From: Macrostomum lignano
Taxonomy: Eukaryota
Assembly (NCBI GenBank): GCA_002269645.1
Contig: NIVC01001347.1
Span: 1 to 64,000, forward strand
DNA: 64,000 nt
Direction of reading: 5' to 3'
Shown: piece by piece, positions 13,501-25,916 of the stretch
Numbering within the stretch: position 1 is the stretch's first letter
How the letters are laid out: each line of letters begins with the position of its first letter
Notes under the pieces: model-generated
The model's database searches: none
The model's input: only the letters and a program-made list of their open reading frames with translations
Told to the model about the DNA's origin: nothing
Made by a program: the position numbers and the translations under genes

Positions 13501-15495
13501 TCCTCCTCGGCGAAGCGGGTCAGGGTGGCGCGCGCCTGCCGGGTCATGAACGGCAGCAGTAGCCGGTCGTAGCCGTCCTTGAAAGCGGAGCGGAGGAATT
13601 CGGCGACATTGTCGGGACGGTTGGCCGATAGGAATCTAAAAAAGGAGAAAAACAGTCCTTTAGATTACTTAGTCGGTAACTTGAAAGTAGCTAGCTAGCC
13701 TATTACCCATAGCTTGGAATACCTCAAATGAAAGGAAGGTTCTCCCAGTATGTTAGCTTGTTTCATGTTTTTATCTTTGTATATTTAATGCATTTTGCTA
13801 TCTAGAACCAGAGTATAACTTTAATAGCTTGAATAAAAAGATCTGAACTGAGCGATTCTCTATGAGCATTTGAAAGCTGCGACCAATACCGTAATACCCA
13901 ATGACTCAGTCTTGGTGCCTTAAGAATACCCAATGACTCCACAATCCTTAGCATCTGAGCAATACCCAATGACTCCACAACCCTTAGCATCTGAGCAATA
14001 CCCAATGACTCCACAAGCCTTAGCATCTGAGCAATACCCAATGACTCCACAACCCTTAGCATCTGAGCAATACCCAATGACTCCACAACCCTTAGCATCT
14101 GAGCAATACCCAATGACTCCACAACCCTTAGCATCTGAGCAATACCCAATGACTCCACAAGCCTTAGCATCTGAGCAATACCCAATGACTCCACAACCCT
14201 TAGCATCTGAGCAATACCCAATGACTCCACAATCCTTAGCATCTGAGCAATACCCAATGACTCCACAAGCCTTAGCATCTGAGCAATACCCAATGACTCC
14301 ACAAGCCTTAGCATCTGAGCAATACCCGATGACCCCGCCGCTAGCCTTAATTAACATCTTAGCAATACCCGATGAACCCTCCGCTAGCCTTAATTAACAT
14401 CTGAGCAATACCCGATGACCCCGCCGCTAGCCTTAATTAACATCTTAGCAATACGAAATGGCTCAGGATATTTTCCCAAACCTATTCAAAGACCATTTAA
14501 GCTAGCTACAGGATCACACGACTGCATAAGCGGACGCACCTGCGATGCAGATGCAGACAGTAAAGCTTGTACACCTGCTCGGGAAACTCCAGTTTAACAG
14601 TTAACAATTTCTTAGCCTCAAATCGATTTATTTTCAGTATCTGATGAGCGCGCAGGTGTTTAACATTGCAACGAAACTGCTCGCCATATTGGCCAAGCTT
14701 TTGCGCGTCTCGAACTAAGCGAGCAGCATCTGGCGCCGACAGAGACTGTTGCTGCTGTTGCTTCTGCCGCGACTTGTCTCCAGTCAGCAGCTTGTTGGCT
14801 AAGCGGCTGCGCTGACTGCACAGAAACGGGGCGTACAAAGTGCACAGCCATTCCAGTTCCGCTAGCACTTCCGAGTCCTTAGCAACAGCATCCGCTACGA
14901 TGTGGCGCATGCCAGCTAGACGCTGCTCATCAACTGAGCCTAGCGATGAACATTCGCCTCTGAGTAGGGCCAGCGCCGGCGCCTCCAGACCCTGTTGGCG
15001 AGCGCGCTGCGCCAGTGTGGCGCCGCCGCTATCAGCGGATTTCTTACTAATTAGCGGCTCGGAAGCGGCCAGGTAGGCCACCTGCTGAGGCCGGGTGCAG
15101 CTGCGCAGCGCTTGCAGCAGGCTGGGTGCCAAGCCGGCGCCACCACTGCCACCGCCGCTGCTCTGCACTTTTTCAATTTTTTTCACCGTCTTCTTAACCA
15201 GCTCTGTGACTTCCATTAGTTCTTCGTAGCGCTCCTTGACCTGGCGCAGGACTTCAGTTGGCGCGTCTCTGGTCTGATCGCGCCTATACCGGGCTATAAA
15301 TGGCACAGTGGCGCCCTGGCTGAGCAGGCCGGCCAGATTGCGCGCCACTCGCGGCTCCAATCGGTAGCGCTGCTCTGCCGCCGATTCGCAATAGTACTCA
15401 TCTTGGCTGAGCACCTCGGCGACTGTCCACGACACGGAGGCTGTGTTGCTGGGCACGGCCGCCGCTGCCGTAGTGACTGCAGACTTTGATGCCAT
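10519..15495 (-). CDS. SRBD1: S1 RNA-binding domain protein 1 / Tex-family protein, 846 aa; exons 15495-14540, 13635-13242, 12562-12380, 11907-11560, 11178-10519
   Basis: Tex motifs [29 protein letters not shown] (YqgF), [12 protein letters not shown]...[53 protein letters not shown] (HhH), [13 protein letters not shown], and a C-terminal S1 domain ([16 protein letters not shown]). All four introns are GT-AG and in phase; total 2541 nt. Confidence 0.93.
11221..11466. repeat. 35-bp minisatellite (GATTCACCTGGGTATGGTGGGGAGAGTGGGAGGTA), ~6.5 copies, SRBD1 intron 4
   Basis: Period 35 measured between GATTC at 11246 and 11281. Confidence 0.95.
11935..12176 (-). mobile_element. tRNA-derived SINE-like element, copy 1 (SRBD1 intron 3)
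   Basis: The reverse complement carries an A-box-like GTGGTCTGG and a B-box-like GGCTCGATTCC, and aligns over ~240 bp with 50183-50495. Confidence 0.72.
12630..13170. repeat. G-rich minisatellite of mixed 27-bp (GGGGACAAGGACAGTGTCTGTGGTTTG) and 21-bp variants, SRBD1 intron 2
   Basis: Direct tandem copies. Confidence 0.93.
13920..14450. repeat. 36-bp minisatellite (CAATACCCAATGACTCCACAACCCTTAGCATCTGAG), ~11 copies, changing to a derived unit after ~14325; SRBD1 intron 1
   Basis: Direct tandem copies; 12-aa periodic ORFs. Confidence 0.95.
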
Positions 15496-16447
15496 GCATT
15501 ATGTTATGTTTGCTGATTATTCATCTTAAAATCTTTTAAAACTTGCCAAAAATTTGGACTTGCTCCATGAGTCAGCTACTTGTTAAAGTCCAGAGTGAGT
15601 GAGAATACCACTCGATGCCCTTAGTGTAGCAAGGCCTCTATACTAAACCATGACCAAACTTACCTAATTAAGCCACATATTAAACTAAAGGTTATGAATT
15701 TATTGAGATTTTACTTGCTACTTGGATGTGTTATTTCCCTAAAAGTTTTTACTTAGACAGACAGTTGCGAAAGAACTAATGAAAATCTGCCATTATGAAA
15801 TATCGGCCTTCAAAAGATTTCCTTCAATGCATCGTATTATTACCGAAGTAGTTGGTTCGCTGCCACTCAAAACCAAAGGCGACAGTCGATTGATTCACAG
15901 TCATTCATGAACACGGATAGAGGGGACATGACTTGCGAGCGACTGTAGGCTAATTTTTCACGAGAGCCCAAAATTGATGGGACTGCCCAAGGATGCGAAC
16001 CCGGGTTCTTAGCCGGGTCTGTACGCTAATGGCCCACCTATGCAATAACAACTTATTTACAAAATGTTTTTACTGTCGATAAAACGCTTAAAGCAGTCTG
16101 ATAATGTAGAAAATAATTCTAAGAAAAAACGCTTGAAATACTTGAAACAGAACTTAAACAGCAAAATATATAAATCAACTACTTTGTATTTTGTAAGCAC
16201 AAGAGAAGTAAAAAATGATGTAGCACCAAACAACCATCAACCCATAGGAACTGCAGTAATATAGGAAGGAACACAGTATTCAGTGCAATGAATCTTGTGA
16301 TATTAAGATTCTATGGAGTCTTAGAGATGAGATAAGAGAGCCTCACATCAATGATTTTTGCGGGATCACACGTGAGCTTGGGCAGGCGGGAAGATTTCAT
16401 TTATAAAGGAACTAACAAGATAAAATAATAGATATTATATATAATTA

Positions 16448-17303
16448 ACTAGAAATGAGCACTCGCAATTAATGTTGTGAAAAAGTCGAGCATTTACTTT
16501 TATTTTCCAGTAGTTTGTCTGCGCGGTGTCGCTTAAAATTATTCTGTCAGCTAAAATTTTCTTTCCTTCCTCGGGTTTTTTTGCCTCACGACCATGCGTA
16601 TGGGTTTCAGAGTTAACAGCAAGCATTTAACTCAATGTGCACAAGTGAACGGAAGGCGGACGAAATTCAGTCAAAGGAGCAGGTCCAATCTAGCTCAGCC
16701 AATGAGAGAGCAGTAAGGAGAAAGGTCAGTCTGGGGAGGGGGGCAGGCCCAATCTAGCTCAGCCAATGAGAGAGCAGTAAGGAGAAAGGTCAGTCTGGGG
16801 AGGGGGGCAGGCCCAATCTAGCTCAGCCAATGAGAGAGCAGTAAGGAGAAAGGTCAGTCTGGGGAGGGGGGGCAGGCCCAATCTAGCTCAGCCAATGAGA
16901 GAGCAGTAAGGAGAAAGGTCAGTCTGGGGAGGGGGGCAGGCCCAATCTAGCTCAGCCAATGAGAGAGCAGTAAGGAGAAAGGTCAGTCTGGGGAGGGGGG
17001 CAGGCCCAATCTAGCTCAGCCAATGAGAGAGCAGTAAGGAGAAAGGTCAGTCTGGGGAGGGGGGGCAGGCCCAATCTAGCTCAGCCAATGAGAGAGCCAG
17101 TAAAGCTGTCTGGAGTCAGTAAAGCTGGGTGAAGATGCTAATATAATGTATCTGCTTGTAGAAAGCCAGAAGCAATTGTTGCAGCTTCAAAAGCTTGTAA
17201 AACTTTTAAAAAGTTTTTTAGTGTTACAATTCTAAAGACAAAAGCGCTAGTGTTGTCACTGAAAAAGTATATAAGTGCATTTTTTGCGAGTGACATCTCT
17301 AGT
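16448..17303 (+). mobile_element. Non-autonomous element with inverted ends and an internal 64-65-bp tandem array (~6.5 units), copy 1
   Basis: Ends ACTAGAAATGAGCACTCGCAA and TTGCGAGTGACATCTCTAGT, TA on both sides. Units start at 16680, 16744, 16808, 16873, 16937, 17001 and 17066. Homologous to 48631-49235 and 54880-55317. Confidence 0.8.
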
Positions 17304-17649
17304 TATTCCAGCTAGTACGAGTACGAGCTATCTGTGGATAAAAATAAAAAGGCAGCCAACAAAAGAAAGTAAAGCAGTTATAGGACCGGGAAAGTAAACA
17401 GTAATTCAAACAGATACTCCTCCACTGGTAAATATCAACGAAGAAAAATTCGTTCCTAACAGTTAAACTAATAGATCAAATGCAGCGACAGCAATTTGAG
17501 AATGCCTGTGCTAATATTTTTAAGACAGTTTTGCAGACAACAATGTCTCATTGTGCTAAGGATCAAGAGAAGGCCGACTTGGTGCCACGTATTCTGAAAT
17601 GGGTCAATGTTATTTTACTGTTTAATAAAGGCTCACTGTTTCCTACTTT

Positions 17650-18095
17650 AGAGACCCGGTGAGAGCAGGTAACACAGGTGAAATAAGAAAGGACTCTAGA
17701 CGACTCTAAAACGACAAGATGTCCCGCTAAAAGTCGCCAAAAAGTCATCAAAGAGACAATTTGAGGCGTTTTATTGTCTGCGACTCTGAAACGACTCTGG
17801 GACCGTAAAGTCGCATCTGCGTCACTTTATGAGTTAGAATCGCATTTATAACAAATATATAAGTCTATTTGGGTTAGTAGAAAGTTAAGAGCTAACACGA
17901 CTCTTGGACGACTTATTTGCGACTTCTCTACGATTCTACAACTCACGTGATGCGCTCGTGACTCAAAAGTCGCCTCTCCATCGCATTGCAATCATCGAGT
18001 TGTTTAAAATCATAAGCCACCCTGAGTCGCAGGAGTTGTTTGCAATGACTATTTAGCGATTCTTTTCAGGGTAACGTTTCTAACGGGAGATGTAT
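17650..18095. mobile_element. Possible degenerate MITE with many GACTC/GTCGC subterminal motifs
   Basis: Dense GACTC, GAGTC, GCGAC and GTCGC motifs. Only weak inverted similarity (CCCGCTAAAAGTCGC vs GCGATTCTTTTCAGGG); no clear TSD. Confidence 0.35.
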
Positions 18096-18141
18096 CTCAT
18101 TCTTTATTTCAGATGACTGACTAGGAATATTATAAGTCCTC

Positions 18142-21100
18142 TTAGGTCATGGCTGTTTTACCAGGCATCTCTACCTCTACTTTAAATGCCCATTCTGCCT
18201 CTCCGGTGTCGAGAATGCGGAGAATTTCATCGGTGAACGCCCCGCCTTTACTCAGAACAGGCTCACCTACCTCGGCCCAAACCTCGGCTCAAAAACTCAA
18301 AGTGGGCGCGAGCATGCTATAAGATGAAGCTTAATTCACTCTTAACCCAGGTTCCATCAAGAGAGACTTTAACAGTTTAAACTCACCCTCTTCCTTGTAT
18401 TTGTTATCGGAAGCATGTAGATCTTTGAAGGAATCAACTACGCCAATGATAAAATAATGAGTCTTGTCCTGACGCACCATGTCTTTGCAGGATTGCACGT
18501 CTAAATAGTCTTTTAAAGCGTCTGTTGTTCTAATGTAGTCTTGGATGCTGGAAACTAGGCTAGGACCGACACCAATCATACTGCAATAGTGCAGTGGCAT
18601 CAGCTGGGCCAACGCGTTGGACAAGGCGCAGAGTAGCTGGAGGGATTTTGGAAATATAGTGCATCAATTATACTTGTCATATACGAGCGTAGGAATGCCG
18701 AGCCACCCATCTTAATCGTGAACCCTTTATTATTTGATCAGTTACTGTAAGTAGCAAAATACGAGTTTTAGCGCAATTTAGCATTCGCAGCAAATATTTT
18801 CAAAACTTTTACCTTAAAGAAGCACCTGTCCCGGCAGTCGCGATTGAGTAGAGTCAGACCGATATCGGGTTTGTGCAGTCTCTCCATGGCGATGCACTCG
18901 CGTATGAGACAGTTAATTGCATTGATAAGATGCAGCAGAGCCGGTTCCGGTCTGGTGTCAGGCCGGAGCTCAAGGCTCAAGACCAGTTCAGCAATACGGC
19001 AGGGATCTGCAAATTGCACGACATTTATGACACTGAATGTTGAATGGGCCACTGATGTGGCACTGAATGTGTCACTGATATGGCACTGAATGTGTCACTG
19101 ATGTGTCACTAAATGTGTCACTGATGTGTCACTAAATGTGTCACTGAATGTGTCACTGATGTGTCACTAAATGTGTCACTGATGTGTCACTAAATGTGTC
19201 ACTGAATGTGTCACTGATGTGTCACTAAATGTGTCACTGATTTGTCACTAAATGTGTAACTGATGTGTAACTGAATGCGTCACTGATGTGGCACTGAATG
19301 TGTAACTGAATGCGTCACTGATGTGGCACTGAATGTGTAACTGAATGCGTCACTGATGTGGCACTGAATTTGTCACTGATATGTCACTGAATGTGTCACT
19401 GATATGGAACTGAATGTGTCACTGATGTGGGACTGAATGTGTCACTGATATGTCACTGAATGTGTCACTGATATGGAACTGAATGTGTCACTGATGTGGG
19501 ACTGAATGTGTCACTGATATGTCACTGAATGTGTCACTGATATGGAACTGAATGTGTCACTGATGTGGGACTGAATGTACTATTAATTTGCTATTTTTAT
19601 GGTACTGAATCGAAGATGACATTGACATGGCACTGAATGTGTAATTATATACGTACCTGTATGACATTGAGCGGGTACTGAATACTAATACAAGAACGAA
19701 AAACGAAATTTCGAAAGTCGCTTATTTAAAATACTGTAATAAAAAAGACTCACCATTGTGCTCAGCCAAAGTGACGTAGCCGTCCTGTCTGGAGTGCACA
19801 AGCGTGAGTATCTTCACGTACAGGGTGACAGTGGGCCTGTAGCGCGATCGTAAAAGCCGCTGACGCACTTCCGGATCCAGGCCGGTGCAGAAAAACTCAA
19901 CTAATTGGTGACGCCGGTTTTCAGGCAGGCGCAGCAGTAGATAATGCAACACCTGCAGGCAGCAGTGCAGAGCTTCCGCATCGCAGTCAGTCACATGGTC
20001 GCCTGGAAGCAGGCGGACCAATTCGAATACATCGGCCACTAAAGCGGTCTCTCGTCGGCCAACATTGCGCAACAGGCCGAGCGCCGCTTCGTCAGACAGC
20101 TGGCAGAGCCGCCACAGCTGGCGCAGGGCGTCCAGTCCCAGCTGAGCCAGCTGCACTGGCGTCGGCATCGATCGTCGTGTAGGCGACGCGTCGGCCGAGG
20201 AGAAACCGCCGCCATCGACGGAACTGAAAGAATCGTCGGCTGAGCCGGCAGCGTCGAGCGACAAGGCCAGCTGCCTGGCGCACACGCCGGGGCTGGAGCC
20301 GCGCAGCCGCAGCGCCATCAGGTAGCCGGAGAGGCGGCTGCGAATCGGCGCCAAAAGTCGCTCAGCTTCGGCAGGTCCGCAATTGGAGCTGGTCGAACTG
20401 TCCGACACCAGCGTCGGATCCAGCTCTCGCGTAGTCAGCCTAGCTAAGCAGTCTAGAGCGTCGGTAACTTCGCTGCGAGCATTCGGCGACCAAGCCGCGG
20501 CCGGCATGTCGTCCAGTATGTCGCCTGGCAGCAGGCGCTGATGCTGGAACTGCTGCGGCCGAGTCAGACAGCGAATAGCTCTGTCCGCGGTGGAGCACTG
20601 GACCAGCAGGCCCGGGTACAGAGCCAGCAGCTCGGCGCGACGCTTATGCCAGCCGGCCGACTCGGGCTGCTGGGAAACCGCTGGCCAAGTGTCCGAATCG
20701 TCCGATTCACCCGGCGTAGCCGACATTGAAGCGGCGACGTCCTCGTTCTCATCAAATTCCATGTCCTCAGTTGTGACCGAAGCGGTTGGGGAACCCGCTG
20801 GTATGGAATGGGGCGGCGGAGGCGGCGGCTGCTGCTGCTGTTGCTGTTGCGGTCGCAGAGGAGTGTGCGGCGAGCGCATACTCAAGGGCACAGGGCCGGA
20901 TACAGGGCTGCGGCTGCAGAAGCTGGCCATGCTAGGGAATTGCTGCTGCTGGAACTGTGGCTGAAAAAACTGCGTGGCCGGTATTACATCACGATTTGTT
21001 AGCTGGGAAAACTGAGTTTGCTGCTGCTGCTGCTGCTGCTGCTCTTCCCTCTTGCGCAGTCGAATACTAAGAGATTGATTCTCAGATTGCAGCGATTCAA

Positions 21101-21941
21101 TCTCTTTAGCGTTGAAAGTTCGTTCTGTCTCCAATTTTCTAACGTCTAATTCGGCTTTCTGCCTGGCAGCCCGCTCGTTGGCCAGGGTCTGCTTTAACGC
21201 CTCAACGGATTCGTTCAAAGCCACGTACTGGCCCTGTACAGTGTGCAGGCGATCGCGCAATTCTGCGACAGCATCGGGCCCGGAAGGTTTTCGCATAGTG
21301 CTAGCCGAAACAGCAGCAGCGGCGGCAGCAGAGCCGCCGGCGGAATACCTGACCGTGGATCCGGACTGCGAAGGTGCGACTGCTGGCGCCGCGTGCGCCT
21401 GCGGCGGCGGATGCCTACGCGTCTGAAAATTATAGTACTGCGACGATGAGGTTGACGAAGTCGGCCGAGGACAGGCGGGAGCAGCAGCGGATGCACCGGC
21501 GGCGCCTGAGGCGTATCTGATGCCGGAGGCTGCCTGGTTGGATACGGAGCGGCGAATTGTCGGACTAGAGGCCACGGTTGGTCTCGGCTGCTGCGGTTGC
21601 TGATGAGGCTGCTGGGCGGGTAGCTGGAGCTGCTGCTGATGCTGCTGCGGCTGACTAGGATGCGAGCTTCTCCGATTAAATTTATAATCAACAACAGAGA
21701 TATTTTGCGAGCAGATCTGATCGAATTCTCGAACAAAATCGTCATCATCAAAGATGTTATCGTCGCCCCAAGGATCCTCCTCGTTGCCAATCTTATTAGC
21801 ATTACTAATAATTGCATTATTATTGTTATTGCCGTGGCCGCCGCCGCTGCTACTAGAAGCTGCGCCGCCAGTGGTCGGAGGTCCCGCGGTCGATGCCGCG
21901 CGGGCATCGAATCTAAACCGCTTTGACGGCGGCTCGGCCAT
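18142..21941 (-). CDS. ATRIP-like coiled-coil protein (tentative), 918 aa; exons 21941-19754, 19006-18813, 18636-18387, 18266-18142
   Basis: Three GT-AG introns in consistent phase (1,0,1), total 2757 nt. Acidic N-terminal motif (DDDDFVREFDQICSQ; compare ATRIP DFTADDLEELDTLASQ) and a coiled coil (GQYVALNESV...KLETERTFNAKEIESLQ) followed by a Leu-rich helical region. The gene model is solid; the ATRIP identity is inferred. Confidence 0.6.
19050..19580. repeat. 11/12-bp minisatellite (CACTGA[A]TGTGT) with higher-order periods, intron 1 of the ATRIP-like gene
   Basis: Direct tandem copies; a 69-bp higher-order unit marked by GATATGGAAC at 19401, 19470 and 19539. Confidence 0.95.
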
Positions 21942-22280
21942 GTTTTTAGCGCGCTGCGAGCTGTCTATGGCAATTCCTGAATAGTGGGGGGGGGGGTAAA
22001 GTTAGCAATTAATGGACTAATCCAAGGAATTCTAAATCCTACTAAATTTAGAATTCCTTGACTAATCATATCAAACACAGTTCCTAACACTTTAACTCTA
22101 AAATTTGACTCAATTCAAAAATACCAGCCTAGTATTTGGGCTAGGTCTCTACCTTTGGGCTACACCCCTAACCCTTGGGCTACACATCCCTTGGGCTACC
22201 GCCTACATCCTTGTTTATTAATCTAGACTCGACTCTGTGGCGTTACACATGTATATCCCTGACATTTCAGCTTAAAATAG

Positions 22281-22715
22281 GCCTCTGACCCTTGAACTCG
22301 ACCCCTGACCCTTGGACTCGACCCCTGACCCTTGAACTCGACCCCTGACCCTTGGACTCGACCCCTGACCCTTGAACTCGACCCCTGACCCTTGGACTCG
22401 ACCCCTGACCCATGGACTCGACCCTGACCCTTAAACGACTAGAACCCTGACCCTTGGACTCGATCCCTGACCCTTGGACTCGACCCCTGACCCATGGACT
22501 CGACCCTGACTCTTAGACGACTAGACCCCTGACCCTTGGACTCGACCCTGACCTTTAGACGACTAGACCCCTGACCCTTGGACTCGATCCCTGACCCTTG
22601 GACTCGACCCCTGACCCATGGACTCGACCCTGACCCTTGGACTCGACTCCTGACCCTTGGACTTGACTCCCGACCCTTAGACGACTCGACGCCTAACCCT
22701 TGGACTAATCTCCCG
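22281..22715. repeat. 20-bp minisatellite (ACCCCTGACCCTTG[G/A]ACTCG), ~20 units including variants, intergenic
   Basis: Direct tandem copies. Confidence 0.93.
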
Positions 22716-23830
22716 TCTTTTTAGGACTAAGCCCTCTGACCTCTGGACTAACTACCTTAATACTATCACACGTATTTGGTATTTGCGTTTAAACTAGATA
22801 AAATAAATTCAATCAACAAGCCTAAATAAGACTAAAAAATTCAGGTATTGTATGCGTATGCAGCTATATTTGCTATTGTTTCCGCAGTGCCAAAACTGAA
22901 CCTAAAAAAAGTTTTAAAAAGAGAATATATATATGATAAATTATCAAATAGAGGCATAACGAACTCAATACATGCGATAATCGATTAGTATCAATAGAAA
23001 CAATAATTGGCAGTGCGAGCCTAGAGGCTGGTGTTAGACTTGGTAGCAATACCTAATAAACCAATTGACACTGTCCAGCAGACAATTATTAAATAGTCAG
23101 GCGGATTACATAAAAAGTGCATCGAATTCAATCTAAGTCTTATCTCATAAACTGTTGATTTACGATGCGATCCAGTTTAAACTTGAGGTGCAAATTTCTA
23201 AATTTGAGGTGTTAAAAAATTCCGAGTAAAGTACATTACATACTACTGTTTACCAACCTTGACTGTGTTACATAGTAGTACTCAGAAAGAATCGCTACAA
23301 AAATGGACCGGAAGCGTGAATATTATTAATTACTAAGCATATAGTGGATTAGTAAAGCAACAAGACAGTCCACTAGATAACAGAAATAAACACAAAAACA
23401 TTGATTTGAAAGTTTGAAACCAAACGCATGCAGAATACGGAAACGGGGGTGATCAAATCGGCTGAGAGGTGAGTACAGATCTATTTATATATATAATATA
23501 ATATATTGGTTTAAGGCTTGGATATGCGATTCGTTTCATTTACTAGTAGGCGCAGGTAGCAACCATTCAACCAAGTTTTGCCAAAGACTCCCCCGTCCAG
23601 TTTGTTGAAAACTGAAAACCGTATCCATAGCGGAATCCTTCCCGTTGCTCTGCAGCTAGATATAAAAGAATTACTTCGACTCGCAAACTGTAGTCGGTGT
23701 GGCAAAAAGGCTAAGGGGTAAGAAAAAAGGCAGAATATTGGGATTTAGCAAGTAATTAAAAAAGCACAGACACGCCCAGTCTAGTTGTGCATCCAGATTC
23801 CAAATACTGTTCATTCTCTTCTTGTGAGAA

Positions 23831-24274
23831 TCAGCCGCTCATGATATTCCTGACCAGATCTTCGTAATTAATGTTGCCATGAATGTCGTCCATGCCAGCT
23901 AGCAGCTGTTCCACCTCTTCGTCCTTGAGCTTCTCCCCTAGCGAGGTCAACAGGTGGCGCAGCTCGGCGGCGCTAATAGTGCCATTCTGGTCCTTGTCGA
24001 ACACGCGGAAACCGTCGATAAATTGTTCGGGCTTCACTTTGTCGGCATTCTTAGCCAAGTCTTTGTAGATTGGTAGAAATGTTTCAAAAGTGATGCGCGT
24101 GTCCGGCTGTTTATCGTAGCCGGCCTTCTTAATCTCGGCTTCGGTCGGATTGAGGCCCAGAGCGCGAACAACTTCGCCAATTTGGCGGGCCTCGATTTTC
24201 TCGTCGCCGCGAATGTCAAATAGGCGAAAAGTGTCGCGAATCTCTTCAGTATCAAGCTCCGGCATCCTTGACAT
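23831..24274 (-). CDS. Myosin essential (alkali) light chain, EF-hand protein, 147 aa, no coding introns
   Basis: [35 protein letters not shown]...[53 protein letters not shown] is the MYL6/Mlc-c pattern. Confidence 0.93.
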   Translation of the reverse strand: MSRMPELDTEEIRDTFRLFDIRGDEKIEARQIGEVVRALGLNPTEAEIKKAGYDKQPDTRITFETFLPIYKDLAKNADKVKPEQFIDGFRVFDKDQNGTISAAELRHLLTSLGEKLKDEEVEQLLAGMDDIHGNINYEDLVRNIMSG

Positions 24275-25916
24275 TATATTAGAGTTTGGACTGTCCGCCA
24301 AGCTGCGGGGAAGCAAGATTAGTTAGGTGACTATTAGTTTGCAGAGGGTTTAGTGCACTGCTGCAAATCACAGGCGACAGTTGGCCAGTCAGGGGGAAGT
24401 GGATATGCCCATTCCACTGGCCGCTGAGCATTTTGTCAGGAGCGTGCACTCTGCATGTTGGACGTTAGCACTCATGGGAACAAATCGCACAAGGTCTTAT
24501 TGAATTTTAGAATATACCACAGATACTAAACAGCTATATATGTCACTTACAAAATTGTGCTTATTTACTGTTTCTCTCTTAATAGCAAAATTTGCATTTT
24601 TTGCTAATTTTGTCCATTTAAAAAACATTTCTTATGACAAGGCCTTTAGGGTAAAAAAAACTTATAAGTGCTAAAAATCTAAGTAATTCCTAAAGTTAGC
24701 TACTAAAGGAACTTCTGTTGGTAAAGAAATGTCTCCATGATCTACAAATGCAAGATTATCTCTACATTGCATGCAATCATTTTAATAAATAATCATTTTG
24801 ACTAAAGCATTTATATGAATATACTAAACTAAAATACTAATACTAAAATACTATTACTAATACTAAAAACTACTATACTAAAATTTATATATTTAAATTG
24901 CCAAGTGAAAAACAGCCTATTGAAGAAAATTGATGACACTGGCAAGATATACAAGATTAAGCAAGATAGCCTAAGCAGGAAAGAATTTGCCACAACATCA
25001 ACTTGAAGATGAGATGAATAGTCCATACCTAAAGAGAGAATTTGTTGTCAACCAGACCAATTAATGAGTGGCCAATGTTGTGGCCAATAGCTAAATTTAA
25101 AATTGTTGAGGCTGCTAACCAGATGAAAATGAGATGAAGATGAAAAACATATTAACAATATAAAAGATGAGACTAACAATTATATAAGCAACAAGGCAAG
25201 CAACCAATTGACAGATAAGAGAATAATGATTTGACAAGAAAACTAATAACCAATGCTATGATAGCATAGCATTTGCCAGCCTAACTGAATTTAATTCTAA
25301 TTTCTAATCTGTATTATAGGTATTTTTATCCTTGTGTGCAGGCAAGTTGCCACTAATTGTTATTTTCTGTTGATTTTTGAAACTTAATTTTTTGTCAAAA
25401 CATTTTTTGAATGTTTCAACCCCTGGAAATTTTTCTTTTTTCCAAATCTTTGTCTATATGTCATTTTTATGGTTGCTGTCTTGTCCTTGTACCAGTTGTA
25501 GTTTTCTATTTTTCTCACCTTTGGCTTTGTTTTGCCCTATTTTTGGTTGCTTAATATTTTGTCATTGCTTCCTTCATCTTTCTTAACTTTGCTTGTGCCC
25601 AACTCTTTGTCCACCTTTTGTTCTATGCTTGTTCAAGTCCTGTCCCATTAGTTGGAATTGTTATTTTTGCCTATATATTTATATTTTGTCTCCAATGCTA
25701 ATGTCAGTATACTGTTGGTCTCCCTCTCTACTCAGTTACATTTGATTAACCAGATTCTGTCAACTAAGTGACCATATTTTATTTGGCCTCTGTGCATTGC
25801 GGCTCTGCCAGATTTATTTGGTCTCATGTCTTGTGATAATATGAGCCAGCCAGTTCTAGAAAAGTGAGTTTGATTTAGTTAGCAGTTGGGGTTTACCATA
25901 GACTATAGTAAAGAAA

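Noticed and set aside
12259-14397. ORFs of 310, 170, 154 and 145 aa with repeated peptides
   Set aside because: They lie in SRBD1 introns and come from tandem arrays.
10519-15495. Bacterial contamination or recent horizontal transfer of Tex (and of LicD)
   Set aside because: Both have in-phase spliceosomal introns and host-like composition; SRBD1 and LicD/FKRP-like families are established in animals.
15975-16040. GATGCGAACCCGGG B-box-like motif on the minus strand
   Set aside because: Too short and degenerate, and no second copy in the window to support a SINE or tRNA call.
20092-21984. Overlapping alternative-frame and antisense ORFs in GC-rich exons (also over H2A.Z, MCM4 and the tetraspanin)
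   Set aside because: Expected shadow ORFs of GC-rich coding sequence; no recognisable motifs.
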